Below are positions 1 through 10,209 of a DNA stretch of 64,000 bases, piece by piece. Under the pieces are notes generated by a model, which saw only the letters and a list, made by a program, of their open reading frames with translations, searched no databases and was not told the origin of the DNA. Position 1 is the stretch's first letter, and the number at the start of each line of letters is the position of its first letter. A program made the translations under genes and the position numbers. The stretch is from Deinococcales bacterium (GTDB taxonomy: Bacteria; Deinococcota; Deinococci; Deinococcales; JAAFIG01), in NCBI GenBank assembly GCA_031414595.1, contig JANNVX010000031.1:1-64000 (forward strand), written 5' to 3'.

Positions 1-137
1 CCATATCACTTGGCGACGAGTTTTTTCTTTGGCATCTTTGCACTGTTTGTAGTGTTTCTCGAGTTCTTCAGTCGTATGGTGGGCGGTTAGAGGTGTGCCT
101 AATCTTGACATTCCTTATTATCTACCTAAAGTTGGTA
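1..137 (-). mobile_element. IS630-like element left end with transposase N-terminus (ATG at 111, runs off the window)
   Basis: The minus strand from 111 reads MSRLGTPLTAHHTTEELEKHYKQCKDAKEKTRRQVIW, resembling IS630-family HTH N-termini. It begins at a TA (136-137) where the DUF1905 gene breaks. Confidence 0.65.
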
Positions 138-252
138 TCACGAGTTTAGAGGCTGCTTTTAAGTCAGCAGATTGCTCGAGTGGGACAGTCACAAAATACC
201 AAGGGGCTGGACCGCGCCAATACCAAATAACGCCGTTAAACTCGAGTTCCAT
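118..252 (-). pseudogene. DUF1905-family protein truncated by IS insertion
   Basis: MELEFNGVIWYWRGPAPWYFVTVP...ASKLV, then an abrupt switch to IS sequence. TATACT lies 7 nt before the ATG. Confidence 0.7.
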
Positions 253-301
253 AGAGGGCAGTATATCGGTGATTCTCGAGTTTAATGGGGTTTCATATTT
301 T

Positions 302-1387
302 CTATCTTTTTCCGTCTTTGTCTTGCCAGCGCAAAAAGGTTGGTATTTCGTATATATCTGGGGAACTGTTTGGGCTTGGAAGACTTGGGAATGGTTGACT
401 GAGCGGTGATTGCTGTCCGTTACGAATAAAGTTGCCCAGTCCGGGGGTGTCGTTAAAGCCACTGGCAACCACAGTCACACGGATTTCATCACCAGCGTGT
501 TCATCGTAAGCCACACCAAACAGCACTTCGACGGTATTTTGGTCAAAGCCGGTAGCTTCGGTGATGCGATTGACAATTTCGTAGGTATCCGAAAGGGTGA
601 CTTTTTCTTCGTGTCCGGTGATGTTGATTAAAATTTTCTTTGCGCCTTCAATAGAGCGCTCGAGCAAAGGCGAGTGAATCGCGCTTTTGACCGCATCTTC
701 GATTAAGTTGTCACCGTGTCCAGCCCCAATCCCCATCAAGACACTACCCGCGTCTTTAAGTTGGTTTTTGACATCGGCAAAATCAACGTTAATCATTCCG
801 CTCGAGTTGATCACATCCGAGATTCCCTTGATGCCGTAATACAGCACTCGGTCTGCCAGTAAAAATGCGTCTTTTAAGGATACTTTTTTGTCGGTGGCTT
901 GGATCAATTTCTCGTTGTTGACAATAATCATGCCATCCACGCGCTCTTGGAGTTTTTTAATTCCGTCTTCGGCAACCCGTTGACGTTTTGGTCCTTCAAA
1001 GCGAAATGGTCGGGTGACAATCGCAATCGTTAAAATTCCCATTTCACGGGCGATTTCGGCAACCACAGGAGCGCTGCCCGTACCTGTACCGCCGCCCATA
1101 CCTGCCGTGATAAACACAAGGTCGGTATCAGAAAGGTGTTCTTTGATCGTTTCGCGGTCTTCTTCGGCGGCTTTCTCGCCCACTTCTGGGTCTGCCCCAG
1201 CCCCTAATCCACGGGTGATTCTGTCGCCCATTTGAATGCGGTATTCGGCATGGCTTTTACTCAGCACTTGGGCATCGGTGTTGCCTGCGATAAATTCCAC
1301 GCCATCTAAACCATTTTCGATCATGCGATTAACAGCGTTATTACCAGCGCCACCTAAGCCGATCACCCGAATCTTTGCTCCTAACAC
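302..1387 (-). CDS. ftsZ: Cell division protein FtsZ
   Basis: [12 protein letters not shown] and GMGGGTGTG tubulin signature; GTG start at 1387 after GGAGG. Confidence 0.99.
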   Translation of the reverse strand: MLGAKIRVIGLGGAGNNAVNRMIENGLDGVEFIAGNTDAQVLSKSHAEYRIQMGDRITRGLGAGADPEVGEKAAEEDRETIKEHLSDTDLVFITAGMGGGTGTGSAPVVAEIAREMGILTIAIVTRPFRFEGPKRQRVAEDGIKKLQERVDGMIIVNNEKLIQATDKKVSLKDAFLLADRVLYYGIKGISDVINSSGMINVDFADVKNQLKDAGSVLMGIGAGHGDNLIEDAVKSAIHSPLLERSIEGAKKILINITGHEEKVTLSDTYEIVNRITEATGFDQNTVEVLFGVAYDEHAGDEIRVTVVASGFNDTPGLGNFIRNGQQSPLSQPFPSLPSPNSSPDIYEIPTFLRWQDKDGKR

Positions 1388-1457
1388 GTTACGCCTCCCG
1401 AGCGCGAGGCTGCCCAAGCGCGGGTTGAAATACTATCAAAAAATTGGGGTATAAGCA

Positions 1458-2834
1458 TTAAAACCAGTCCTTAAAAAATCCGCGAATTCTGTCCATTAAA
1501 CCCGGTTTATCGTTGGCAATTGCCCGTTCGCGTTCTTGGACGGTCTCGAGTGTGCCTTCGGCGCGTTCTAAACGCGGTTGCGGTAGTGTCTCGAGTCTTG
1601 GGGTTTCAATGGCGGGGCTATAGACTTCTTCGGGTTGTGAATCCACCACATCGGCGCGGATTGCACCGCTTCCAGAGCCATGTTCCATGCCGTACCAGAT
1701 AAGTCCAACCACGGTTGCATGGGTCGGTGTGCCGATTAAACTGTTTAAGCCACCCGCCACAGGGCGAGGCTTACCGACTCGGACAGGTAACTTAAAGCGT
1801 TCACGGGCGAGTTCAACCACGCCGCGCATTAAAGCAGTACCGCCCGTTAGAACCACACCGCCAGCAATCAGTTCAACTGGTCCTAGAACACTGTCTATTT
1901 CGGCTCGAGCCAGATTAAAAATCTCGGCAACTCGAGGTTTGATGATGCGGCTTAAATCGTATGCCGAGACACTTGGCACAACCCCGTTCTGGGTGAGTTC
2001 TAAATTCAGTTCAGGGTCGGCAAGTTCTGGAACAGCACTGCCATATTTCTTTTTGACCCGTTCGGCTTCATCGGCTGGGATTTTCAGGATTTGGGCGAGG
2101 TCTTGGGTCACATGCTCGCCACCAAGGGGCAAGACAGCACTATGGGCAAGGTTTCCGCGCCGGAAGACCGCCACATCGGTTGTGCCGCCGCCAATGTCAA
2201 TCAGTACCGTGGTGGTATCCTCTTCAACTGGCTCGAGGGTACTCAGACCACTGGCATAGCCTTGTAAGACCAAACCATTGACATGCACCCCAGCTTGAGA
2301 AACACAATGGCGTAAATTCGCCAAAGGTCCCTGAGCGCCGGTCACAATATGAACATCCACCTCGAGCCTAACGCCGTGCATTCCCAAGGGGTTCTTGATG
2401 CCTTCTTGACCATCTACCGTGTACTCTTGCGGCAGCACATGAATCACTTCGCGGTTTGGGTCAAGCGGTACGGCTCGAGCGTTTTCGACCGCCCTGTCAA
2501 TATCAGAACGGGCAATTTGTTGTCCGCGCCGAATTGCCGCTAAACCATGACTGGTCAGCGCACTTAAATGCCCACCCGCCACACCAACATAGACATCGCG
2601 CACTGAGGCACCCGCCACCCGTTCGGCAGCGCTAATGGCTGCCCGAATGCTGGCAGTGGCTCGCTCGAGATTGACCACCACACCGCGTTTTAAGCCCTCG
2701 GAAGGGACTGTGCCTTCGCCAATAATATCAAGGATATTGTCGGGTCCAACCTCGCCGATGACCGTGGTGATTTTGGTGCTACCAATGTCCAAACCAACAA
2801 TTAAACGACTCTCTGTAATTCTCGAGGCAGTCAT
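1458..2834 (-). CDS. ftsA: Cell division protein FtsA
   Basis: VGLDIGSTKI and DIGGGTTD actin-like motifs; upstream of ftsZ. Confidence 0.98.
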   Translation of the reverse strand: MTASRITESRLIVGLDIGSTKITTVIGEVGPDNILDIIGEGTVPSEGLKRGVVVNLERATASIRAAISAAERVAGASVRDVYVGVAGGHLSALTSHGLAAIRRGQQIARSDIDRAVENARAVPLDPNREVIHVLPQEYTVDGQEGIKNPLGMHGVRLEVDVHIVTGAQGPLANLRHCVSQAGVHVNGLVLQGYASGLSTLEPVEEDTTTVLIDIGGGTTDVAVFRRGNLAHSAVLPLGGEHVTQDLAQILKIPADEAERVKKKYGSAVPELADPELNLELTQNGVVPSVSAYDLSRIIKPRVAEIFNLARAEIDSVLGPVELIAGGVVLTGGTALMRGVVELARERFKLPVRVGKPRPVAGGLNSLIGTPTHATVVGLIWYGMEHGSGSGAIRADVVDSQPEEVYSPAIETPRLETLPQPRLERAEGTLETVQERERAIANDKPGLMDRIRGFFKDWF

Positions 2835-3478
2835 TGAACACTCACCCCCCATGAATAGACATTGACCCGTTTGGTTTGAGATGACCGAGTTTGCGATACC
2901 AATTGGGATTGCATAACCATCATTCTGACACTTTCCCCATATTTCAGCAAACTGTCATGGGTTTGCGCCCAAATTTCGGCATTCTGGAAAACCACCAAGA
3001 AGCCATTAGAGTCAAATTTGACCCGAACCGCCCCCATTTCCTTGGCGGTTCGAGCCACCAATAACGCCTGTGCAAACTGCTTTTGGCTTTCACCCTCGAG
3101 AACCAGTTTGGCTGTGCCAGTTGGTAAAATCACACCATCTTCGGCAATCACATCGCTTTTACCTAGGCGCTTCCAAACCGCTAAAGGCAGACGTTCGACA
3201 AGTTGAATCGTGACTGTCCCCGGAAAAGTCTTGACCAATTTGGCTTGCTGCACCCAAGGCTCACGCTCGAGCGCCGCCGCCCGAACCTTAGAAACCCACA
3301 ACCAAGGATTCCCTCGGGCGACCCCCGCCATTTGTGCCACATCTTTAGGATTTAAGTTCTTTGTCCCAGAAACCAACACTTTATCCACAGGAAAAAAGAA
3401 CCAACTCGAGGCAAAAAGCACCGCTGTAATCACAAAAAAAGCAAAAAAAGAACGCCAAACCGTTTGTCTAAATGTCAT
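2831..3478 (-). CDS. ftsQ: Cell division protein FtsQ/DivIB (POTRA)
   Basis: TM helix then POTRA (PWVQQAKLVKTFPGTVTIQLVER). ATG 3478 follows GGAGG; the longer ORF-track start only translates a repeat. Confidence 0.9.
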   Translation of the reverse strand: MTFRQTVWRSFFAFFVITAVLFASSWFFFPVDKVLVSGTKNLNPKDVAQMAGVARGNPWLWVSKVRAAALEREPWVQQAKLVKTFPGTVTIQLVERLPLAVWKRLGKSDVIAEDGVILPTGTAKLVLEGESQKQFAQALLVARTAKEMGAVRVKFDSNGFLVVFQNAEIWAQTHDSLLKYGESVRMMVMQSQLVSQTRSSQTKRVNVYSWGVSVQ

Positions 3479-3489
3479 GCTGCCTCCCA

Positions 3490-3569
3490 GCAAGGGCAAA
3501 AGGCGAAAGGCAAAGGGCAAAGGTAAAAATCCTTTCGCCTTTCGCCTTTCGCCTTTTGCCCTTTGCCTT
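3490..3569. repeat. Heptamer (AAGGCRA-like) tandem repeat hairpin
   Basis: A run of aaggcga/agggcaa units followed by the inverse run ctttcgc/ctttgcc. Confidence 0.9.
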
Positions 3570-3572
3570 CCT

Positions 3573-4496
3573 TCATACCTTCCCCCAAATTTCAACTTCG
3601 CGTTCTAATGGCACTTCAAGCGCCGACTCGATTTGCTCGAGAAGCGCGATTATATCCTTAGCCGTTGCTCCACCAAGATTGACTATAAAGTTACCATGTT
3701 CTAAGGAGACCATTGCTTGACCAATCTGAGAGCCTTTTAGCCCAGCTTGGTCTACCAAGCGCCCAGCGCTCTGTCCGACAGGGTTTTTCCAAGCACAACC
3801 AAAGGTGCGCCAATGCGGTTGTCCTTTACGGGCTTCATCGGCTAAGTTCATGCGTTCTTGGACAATTTCTGGACTGGTTTTCTCGAGTTTAAGTTTGACT
3901 CTGGTAACGATACCCACACCATTTTGACCTTGCGGCAGGCTCGAGTTGCGGTAGACAAAACCCAGTTCTTGTGGCTTGTAGACTTTGGCGATTCCATCCG
4001 TGACCACCTCGACAGCCACCAGTGTATCCGCCATTTCGCCAAAGCGCGTACCAGCATTCATTCGCACTGCACCACCGATTTGGGCTGGAACACCCCACAG
4101 CCCCTCGAGTCCAGACAGCCCACGGCGTTGCAACTCGCGTACAAAACCCGGAATTGGCTTGGCTGCCCCGACCCAACCTGTAAAAATATGGGTTTCGGTC
4201 TCGAGTTCTGCCGATAAATCAGCTTGACTAAATTCTCCACCAAGACGAATTACCCGTTCGGAAACACCTGCATCAGAAACAATTAAGTTACTGCCGCCGC
4301 CCAAAATTTTATAGGGCGCTTTAGTCGCTTCACACAGCGCAGGTAAATCATGACAAACCCAAAGTTGGGCTTGTCCACCAACACCAAGCGTCGTGAACTG
4401 GGCTAAATGCACCATCCGAGGCGCACCTTTGGTAGTTGGGTTTGGCATGACCGTACAGGCTTCAAGCACTGGCATGACCGCACAGGTTTCAGGCAT
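3573..4496 (-). CDS. murB: UDP-N-acetylmuramate dehydrogenase
   Basis: LGGGSNL, GGAVRMNAG, HGNFIVNLGGATAKD, LEREV. Confidence 0.96.
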   Translation of the reverse strand: MPETCAVMPVLEACTVMPNPTTKGAPRMVHLAQFTTLGVGGQAQLWVCHDLPALCEATKAPYKILGGGSNLIVSDAGVSERVIRLGGEFSQADLSAELETETHIFTGWVGAAKPIPGFVRELQRRGLSGLEGLWGVPAQIGGAVRMNAGTRFGEMADTLVAVEVVTDGIAKVYKPQELGFVYRNSSLPQGQNGVGIVTRVKLKLEKTSPEIVQERMNLADEARKGQPHWRTFGCAWKNPVGQSAGRLVDQAGLKGSQIGQAMVSLEHGNFIVNLGGATAKDIIALLEQIESALEVPLEREVEIWGKV

Positions 4497-5865
4497 GATT
4501 CACCTGTTCATTCAGCACTTCCCGCAAGACCTTGGTCACATCACCAGCGCCCATTGAAACAATTAAATCGCCAGCTTGGGCAGTTTGCCGCACATGGGTT
4601 TTGACGGCGCTTAAATTAGGGTAATAGGACACAGCCTTAAAACCATCACGCTGCATTTTCTCGAGAATACGCTGTGAGCTTACCCCCTGCATACTGGCTT
4701 CACCCGCGCTGTAAATATCGAGCATTAATACTTCGTTGGCATCTTGCAGCACTTGGGCATAACGCTCCCAATCCCTAGCGGTGCGAATCACCCGATGCGG
4801 TTGAAAAATCACTCGGACACGCTTGCCATACGATAACGCACCATGAATTGCCGCACCAACCTTGGTTGGATTATGAGCATAATCATCCACCAACAAGGCT
4901 TCTTGGAATTCGCCCAGCACTTCCCAACGCCGCCCAGCCCCACGAAACCCAGCCAGCGCCACGGCAGCCGCATTCAAATCTAAGCCCTCGAGATGCGCCA
5001 CGGCTAAAGTCGCTACCGCATTGAGGACATTATGCGCCCCCGGAACGAGTAAATGCACATCCACCAACGGCAGACCATGCAGGGTAAACGTAAAAGTAGG
5101 CTGCCCACCCTCGAGTTTAAGGTTAGTCGCACGGTAATCTCCGTGTTTAATGCCATAAGAAACACCGTTCTCAAGACACCCAGCCAAAATTTGCTCAAGC
5201 GGCAACCAATCGGCGCAATACACCACTTTTTTAGCATTACGGGCAAATTCCCTGAACGCCAAATGTAAATCCTCAACACTGGCATGATAATTATTGCGAA
5301 CATCAGCTTCAGACAGCGCCACATGGTCATCTTCGATATTGGTGATAATCGCAATATCCGATGTAACCAAAGCAAAAAGTGGGTCAGATTCATCTATTTC
5401 GGCAATAAAATGCGCCCCAGAACCGACCTTGGCATTGCCGCCAATGGCTGCCACCTCACCACCGACCGCCGCCGTGGGATTGACCCCGCACCCCTCAAAC
5501 ACAGTTGCCACCATTGCACTGGTACTGGTCTTACCATGCGTTCCCGCTACCGAAATCCCACGTTTAAGGCGCATTAAATCCGCCAGTAATTCGATTCGGC
5601 GCAACACCACCTTACCTTGGTCTCGAGCAAACAAGACCTCGGGTTCTTGGGCATGAATCCCTGTACTTAAAACCACCACATCCACGTCCGTTGTGATATG
5701 TCCCACCGAATGCCCATGTGCCACCCGAATTCCAGCCGCCTCGAGTTCTCGGGTCTTATCAAAGACATTTTTATCGCACCCAGACACCAGATGCCCAAAC
5801 GACTGTAAAATCAGCGCCAAGCCACTCATGCCAATTCCGCCAATATCCATTAAGTGATAGTGCAT
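4489..5865 (-). CDS. murC: UDP-N-acetylmuramate--L-alanine ligase
   Basis: IGGIGMSGLA, AGTHGKTST, EIDESD, DDYAHNP, FQPHR. Confidence 0.98.
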   Translation of the reverse strand: MHYHLMDIGGIGMSGLALILQSFGHLVSGCDKNVFDKTRELEAAGIRVAHGHSVGHITTDVDVVVLSTGIHAQEPEVLFARDQGKVVLRRIELLADLMRLKRGISVAGTHGKTSTSAMVATVFEGCGVNPTAAVGGEVAAIGGNAKVGSGAHFIAEIDESDPLFALVTSDIAIITNIEDDHVALSEADVRNNYHASVEDLHLAFREFARNAKKVVYCADWLPLEQILAGCLENGVSYGIKHGDYRATNLKLEGGQPTFTFTLHGLPLVDVHLLVPGAHNVLNAVATLAVAHLEGLDLNAAAVALAGFRGAGRRWEVLGEFQEALLVDDYAHNPTKVGAAIHGALSYGKRVRVIFQPHRVIRTARDWERYAQVLQDANEVLMLDIYSAGEASMQGVSSQRILEKMQRDGFKAVSYYPNLSAVKTHVRQTAQAGDLIVSMGAGDVTKVLREVLNEQVNHA

Positions 5866-5882
5866 GGCACTCCTTCGGAGTG

Positions 5883-5985
5883 AGGCGACAAGGCAAAGGC
5901 GAAAGCGCGAGTAGCCCGCGAGGTGCTATCCCACGAGCAAGAAGGCGAAAGGTTAAACCTTTTGCCCTTTGCCTGTCGCCTTTCA
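5883..5985. repeat. Heptamer repeat hairpin carrying a nested 39-nt insert (5906-5944)
   Basis: aaggcaa/aggcgaa run and its inverse run; the insert matches 27394-27432 and 12013-12051. Confidence 0.85.
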
Positions 5986-5992
5986 ACTTCTC

Positions 5993-7069
5993 TCATAATC
6001 CCTCGAGTACCGCGTCAGCAAGGCGTTTGGCTGCCCCTGCTGGTGTGTTTTTCCGCACGATTTCCCGCCAATTAGCAAGGCGTGTCGTGTCAAAGCATGA
6101 CAGCATACCGCTAACCAGCTTGCCGTCAAGACCCGAGACCTCTTGTTCTAAGTCTGACTCGAGGATACACAAACCCGCGCCTCTGAGTTCTAAACTTTGG
6201 GCATTTTTGACTTGATGGTTTTCGGCACTGCTTGGCAAGGGAATCAGTGCCAAAGGCACACCATGAAAGGCAGCATCGGCAATGGTACTCATACCGGCTC
6301 GGGTGATGGCAAAGTCTATGGCAGAAAAGGCAGCGCTACCATCCACAAATTCGGCACAGTGATACCACGGCAAGTGTTTAACCTTTGGCATGACTTCCTC
6401 GAGTCTGCCACGCCCAGTTTGATGCAGCACTTGGGCGTTTTTTTCAGTTAAAACACGCTCGAGAAGCGGTGGCAAAAGCGCGTTCAAACGCATACTGCCT
6501 TGCGAACCACCCATGACTAGCACTGTAAATTTTTCTGGCTCGAGACCAAAAATACTTCTTGCCTCGAGACGCGGTACGCTTTTTTCACGCACTGGCATTC
6601 CCACCACAACCGTCTTGACGTTCTTTAAGTGTGTCTGTGTGGCGGCATCGGCTAAAGCAATAATTCTGGCTCGAGACGCAAAAAAACGTGTCACCAAACC
6701 TGGAAAAGCATTGGCTTCGTGCATCGCTAACGGTATACCCGATAAAAACGCTCCCGCCATACCTTGCAGACTGGCAAAACCACCAAAACCAACCACTAGA
6801 TTTGGCTTAAAGCGTCGTACCACCGTAAAAGCATCAAAGACACCAAGCAGGGCATTAAACAGTGCTATAGGATTTGGATTTGAACGATCCAATTTACCAG
6901 AACGGACTCCAAAAAAAGTCAGATTCTCCTCGGTCGCCAGACGTTCTTCCATGCCGCCAGAAGCCCCAATTAAAGCACTTTCTATGCCTCGAGATTTCAG
7001 TTCTCGAGACAGGGCAATGGCTGGGAAAATATGTCCAGCCGTCCCACCCGCCGAGAGTAAAATTTTCAT
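5993..7069 (-). CDS. murG: Lipid I N-acetylglucosamine transferase
   Basis: GGTAGHIFPA, GGSQGS, HQTG, TRAGMST, HQVKNA. Confidence 0.98.
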   Translation of the reverse strand: MKILLSAGGTAGHIFPAIALSRELKSRGIESALIGASGGMEERLATEENLTFFGVRSGKLDRSNPNPIALFNALLGVFDAFTVVRRFKPNLVVGFGGFASLQGMAGAFLSGIPLAMHEANAFPGLVTRFFASRARIIALADAATQTHLKNVKTVVVGMPVREKSVPRLEARSIFGLEPEKFTVLVMGGSQGSMRLNALLPPLLERVLTEKNAQVLHQTGRGRLEEVMPKVKHLPWYHCAEFVDGSAAFSAIDFAITRAGMSTIADAAFHGVPLALIPLPSSAENHQVKNAQSLELRGAGLCILESDLEQEVSGLDGKLVSGMLSCFDTTRLANWREIVRKNTPAGAAKRLADAVLEGL

Positions 7070-7101
7070 GTAGCCCCTCGGAAGTCTGCTAGACTCTGAG
7101 A

Positions 7102-7329
7102 ATGCAATGGAATGTGACCGAACAGAGCGACCTGAATACCATGCTTGAAGCGATTAAACGCGGTGAGAACGTCATTCTGACCCAAAACGGCGAGGCTGTT
7201 GCCCAAGTGACCGCCTTGCCAAAACCCCAAAATACGATTCGGCTTGGCGTTTTCCCAAAAGAAATCAAATCGGACTTGCTTGAACCAACTGACCAAGAAA
7301 TGATTGATTCGTTTTACGGGAATAATTGA
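7102..7329 (+). CDS. Phd/YefM-family antitoxin
   Basis: MLEAIKRGENVILTQNGEAVAQV Phd-like pattern; leaderless (TAGACT 7090-7095); abuts the PIN gene. Confidence 0.85.
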   Translation: MQWNVTEQSDLNTMLEAIKRGENVILTQNGEAVAQVTALPKPQNTIRLGVFPKEIKSDLLEPTDQEMIDSFYGNN

Positions 7330-7725
7330 ATGCGTGTTTTGCTTGACACCCACACACTCGTTTGGGCAGTGATGCAGCCGAAACAATTGCCCATTAAAGT
7401 TCATCAAATTCTGAACGATACCAAGACCCAAAGTTTTTTTAGTTCGGTCAGTTTGTACGAAATCAGCCTGAAATACCATGCTGGAAAATGGGATGATGTG
7501 GCGGAACTTGCAATTGAAAAAAATAGCCTTGAAATACTCCGTGATTTCGGTGCGATTGAACTGCCAGTCTACTCGAGCCACACACGATTGGCTGGAGCTT
7601 TCCCTAGCAGCCACAAAGACCCTTTTGACCGTTTGCTGGCAGCCCAAGCCATGCTCGAGCAAATGACCTTGTTGAGTGCCGACCCCTTGATGGATGGCTT
7701 TGGGGTACAAAGGATTTGGAATTAA
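7330..7725 (+). CDS. vapC: PIN-domain VapC toxin
   Basis: LLDTHTLVW, SLYEI, HKDPFDRLLAAQA, LLSAD. Confidence 0.95.
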   Translation: MRVLLDTHTLVWAVMQPKQLPIKVHQILNDTKTQSFFSSVSLYEISLKYHAGKWDDVAELAIEKNSLEILRDFGAIELPVYSSHTRLAGAFPSSHKDPFDRLLAAQAMLEQMTLLSADPLMDGFGVQRIWN

Positions 7726-7727
7726 AG

Positions 7728-8870
7728 TCATTTAATCCCACTCTCGAGTAGAGCAATCCGAGGTTCTGGACGTGGCACGGCGCGTTTTTCGTATTTAACC
7801 AGCAGCGCATGAGCCGAGTGCATCCAGCCCATCACAATGGCGCAAGCAATCATGCTCGAGCCACCATCGGAGACAAAAGGTAAGGTCATACCCGTGTTTG
7901 GAAAACGCCCAACCGTCACGGCTAAGTTAATCATCGCTTGGGCAACCAATAAAAGCATTGCCCCACCACACAAAATACTGGCGGCATTGCGTTCGTCTGC
8001 GTCTATATGAACTGCCTTTGAGAGACGGTGCATCAGGTCTAGTCCAACCAATAAAATACAGGCAAAAGCAGCAAATATGGTGGTGATACCGATTAAACCA
8101 AGACTGTGCGCTACGGTAGAGGACACAAAATCATTGGTTTGGGCAAAGAGCTTAATTTTATCTTGGGCAGGACCTCGCCCCGGAATTCCACCGCGCTGAA
8201 TGATGCAACGCGCCAATTCAACTTGGGTTTTGTCACGCTTGGCACACATATCATCTGAACGGGTCACGGAGGTAAAGCCCTCTAACCGGTTTCCCACGTA
8301 CTTATTTTGTTGTAAGTAATAACCAATGAGAGGCGAAGCCATCAGTGCCGCCGTTATCGCAATACTGAGGATTCGTCCGATGGGGGCATTGGCAAGAAAC
8401 ATCACCCCTAAACCAAGTGCAAAAGTAAACACACCCGCCGAAGTGCTGGGCGCGAGTAAAATCAGGACACTGGTTGCCCCGAGTGCCAAAGCTGGAACCC
8501 AAAGCGCATAACGAGTTCCGCGCCGCGCAAAAAATGAAGCAAAATAGGCAATCAAAGCCACTTTTGCAAATTCAGAAGGTTGAAACTGAAAACCAAAGAC
8601 TGGAATCCAACGCCGTACCCCATTGATTTCACGTCCAAACAATAAAACCGCCACCAACGCCACCAAGCACAAGACCCAAGCGTACTTGCCAAGTTGTACC
8701 GAAGCCCCCGCCCGCATCTGCGAAACAACCAGCGTGACCGTAAAACCAATGGCAATAAACACCAAGCTCTCGGGGATATCGTTGACTGAAGCCGTCGCCA
8801 TGGCGAGTAAACCCAAGGCGAACAAGACCATCTGGGCGGAGAGGAGTAAAGGATTTAAGGGTTTTAGCAT
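7728..8870 (-). CDS. ftsW: SEDS protein FtsW
   Basis: NGVRRWI, FQPSEFAK, PNTGMTLPFVSDGGSS; multi-TM; dcw position. Confidence 0.93.
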   Translation of the reverse strand: MLKPLNPLLLSAQMVLFALGLLAMATASVNDIPESLVFIAIGFTVTLVVSQMRAGASVQLGKYAWVLCLVALVAVLLFGREINGVRRWIPVFGFQFQPSEFAKVALIAYFASFFARRGTRYALWVPALALGATSVLILLAPSTSAGVFTFALGLGVMFLANAPIGRILSIAITAALMASPLIGYYLQQNKYVGNRLEGFTSVTRSDDMCAKRDKTQVELARCIIQRGGIPGRGPAQDKIKLFAQTNDFVSSTVAHSLGLIGITTIFAAFACILLVGLDLMHRLSKAVHIDADERNAASILCGGAMLLLVAQAMINLAVTVGRFPNTGMTLPFVSDGGSSMIACAIVMGWMHSAHALLVKYEKRAVPRPEPRIALLESGIK

Positions 8871-8907
8871 GGGAGAACCTCGGGCGAAAAGCGACAAGGC
8901 AAGGGGG

Positions 8908-10209
8908 TCATGAAGTTGCCTCCTCGAGTGATTTGACGGCATCCCGAAAGGCTTGCCCTCGAGCTTTGTAGTTTTTGAATAAATCAAAACTTGTACCTAA
9001 CGGAGCTAAGACCACACTACCGCCTTTGGCTGCCTCGAGTCCGAGTTGTACGGCTTTTGGCATGACAGAATCTGTGGTTAGGGCAGTTAAATCAAGAATT
9101 CTGATGCCCGTGTGCTGCAAGGCTTTGGCGTACTCGAGACCAGATTCTCCAAAGGCAATCAAGACCGCTACTTTTTTCATTAACGGCTCGAGTTTTGGCA
9201 GTTCTGATTTATGTTCTTCTGGGGTGAGTTTATCGCGTCCACCGACAATCCAAGCAATTGGCGCTGGGGCATTCTCGAGGGCGCTTTGGACGGCTAAGAC
9301 CCGAGTAGCAATACTATCTTCGATAAAGCGCGTGTTTTGGATGGTCGCAATCGTTTCAAAACGCCCCCGTACACCCGGAAACTCGAGCAGCGCTGTTTGT
9401 AATTTTTCTAAATTTGCTGTCCGACCATGACGCTTTAAGTACGCCAGCACCGCCGCTACAGCCATACGTACATTTTGCGGATGCACGGTATTTGGAATTT
9501 CTTCTAAGGCGAGCAGTTGGCTCTCCTCTATTCGCACCGCCCCAGTTTCGGCAACTCGAGCAATCTGGGCTGGGGTTTTGGTTTCTAGGGCTAAGGATTC
9601 TGGAAGCACCAAGGTATCCGCCTCGGTTAAATTCTTGGCGATTTGCCATTTGGCAGCCTTGTATGCTTGTACCGAACCGTGGTCACGCACATGGTCTACT
9701 CCGATATTGGTGATGACTGCCACGTCTGGGCGGTAGGTGTGAATCCGTTCCAACTGAAAACTAGAAAGTTCCACCACGCAGACTTCGGCATCCAAGACCT
9801 CGAGAAGCGGCGGGTCAAAATTTCCACCAACTTGCGCCTTAAAACCCTGTGACTCAAGCAAATGGGCAATTAACAAAGTGGTGCTGCCTTTACCTGCTGT
9901 ACCAGTAATGCCAATACTTGAGAATGTGGCGGTTTGAAACGCCAATTCAACCTCGCCCCAGACCGGAATACCTACTGCCAGCGCCGTCTGCATATGCGGA
10001 TGACGCATCATCACCCCGGGCGCAGCAATCACCAAATCTATGCCCGTTAAATCAAACGACTCGAGTCTCGAGAACCCCAGTTCTAGGGCTTCGGGCGCTC
10101 CAAAAGGGTTTGACGAATCATCAAACCAAACTCCAGACCAACCGAGTTTAGCAAGGTGTTTAATCACACTCGAGCCACTGCGTCCGAGACCAAAAACAAG
10201 ACAATTCAT
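8908..10209 (-). CDS. murD: UDP-MurNAc-L-Ala--D-Glu ligase
   Basis: FGLGRSG, GITGTAGKGSTT, VELSSFQL, DSIAT, SFDLFKNYKARG. Confidence 0.97.
   Translation of the reverse strand: MNCLVFGLGRSGSSVIKHLAKLGWSGVWFDDSSNPFGAPEALELGFSRLESFDLTGIDLVIAAPGVMMRHPHMQTALAVGIPVWGEVELAFQTATFSSIGITGTAGKGSTTLLIAHLLESQGFKAQVGGNFDPPLLEVLDAEVCVVELSSFQLERIHTYRPDVAVITNIGVDHVRDHGSVQAYKAAKWQIAKNLTEADTLVLPESLALETKTPAQIARVAETGAVRIEESQLLALEEIPNTVHPQNVRMAVAAVLAYLKRHGRTANLEKLQTALLEFPGVRGRFETIATIQNTRFIEDSIATRVLAVQSALENAPAPIAWIVGGRDKLTPEEHKSELPKLEPLMKKVAVLIAFGESGLEYAKALQHTGIRILDLTALTTDSVMPKAVQLGLEAAKGGSVVLAPLGTSFDLFKNYKARGQAFRDAVKSLEEATS

Noticed and set aside
3479-3595. N-terminal extension of ftsQ in the ORF track
   Set aside because: It is a translation of the heptamer hairpin; the RBS-backed ATG is at 3478.
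7066-7731. 221-aa minus-strand ORF bridging ftsW and murG
   Set aside because: Most likely the antisense shadow of the VapBC genes, with no recognisable motifs. It does overlap both the ftsW stop and the murG start by 4 nt, so a coupling role cannot be fully excluded.
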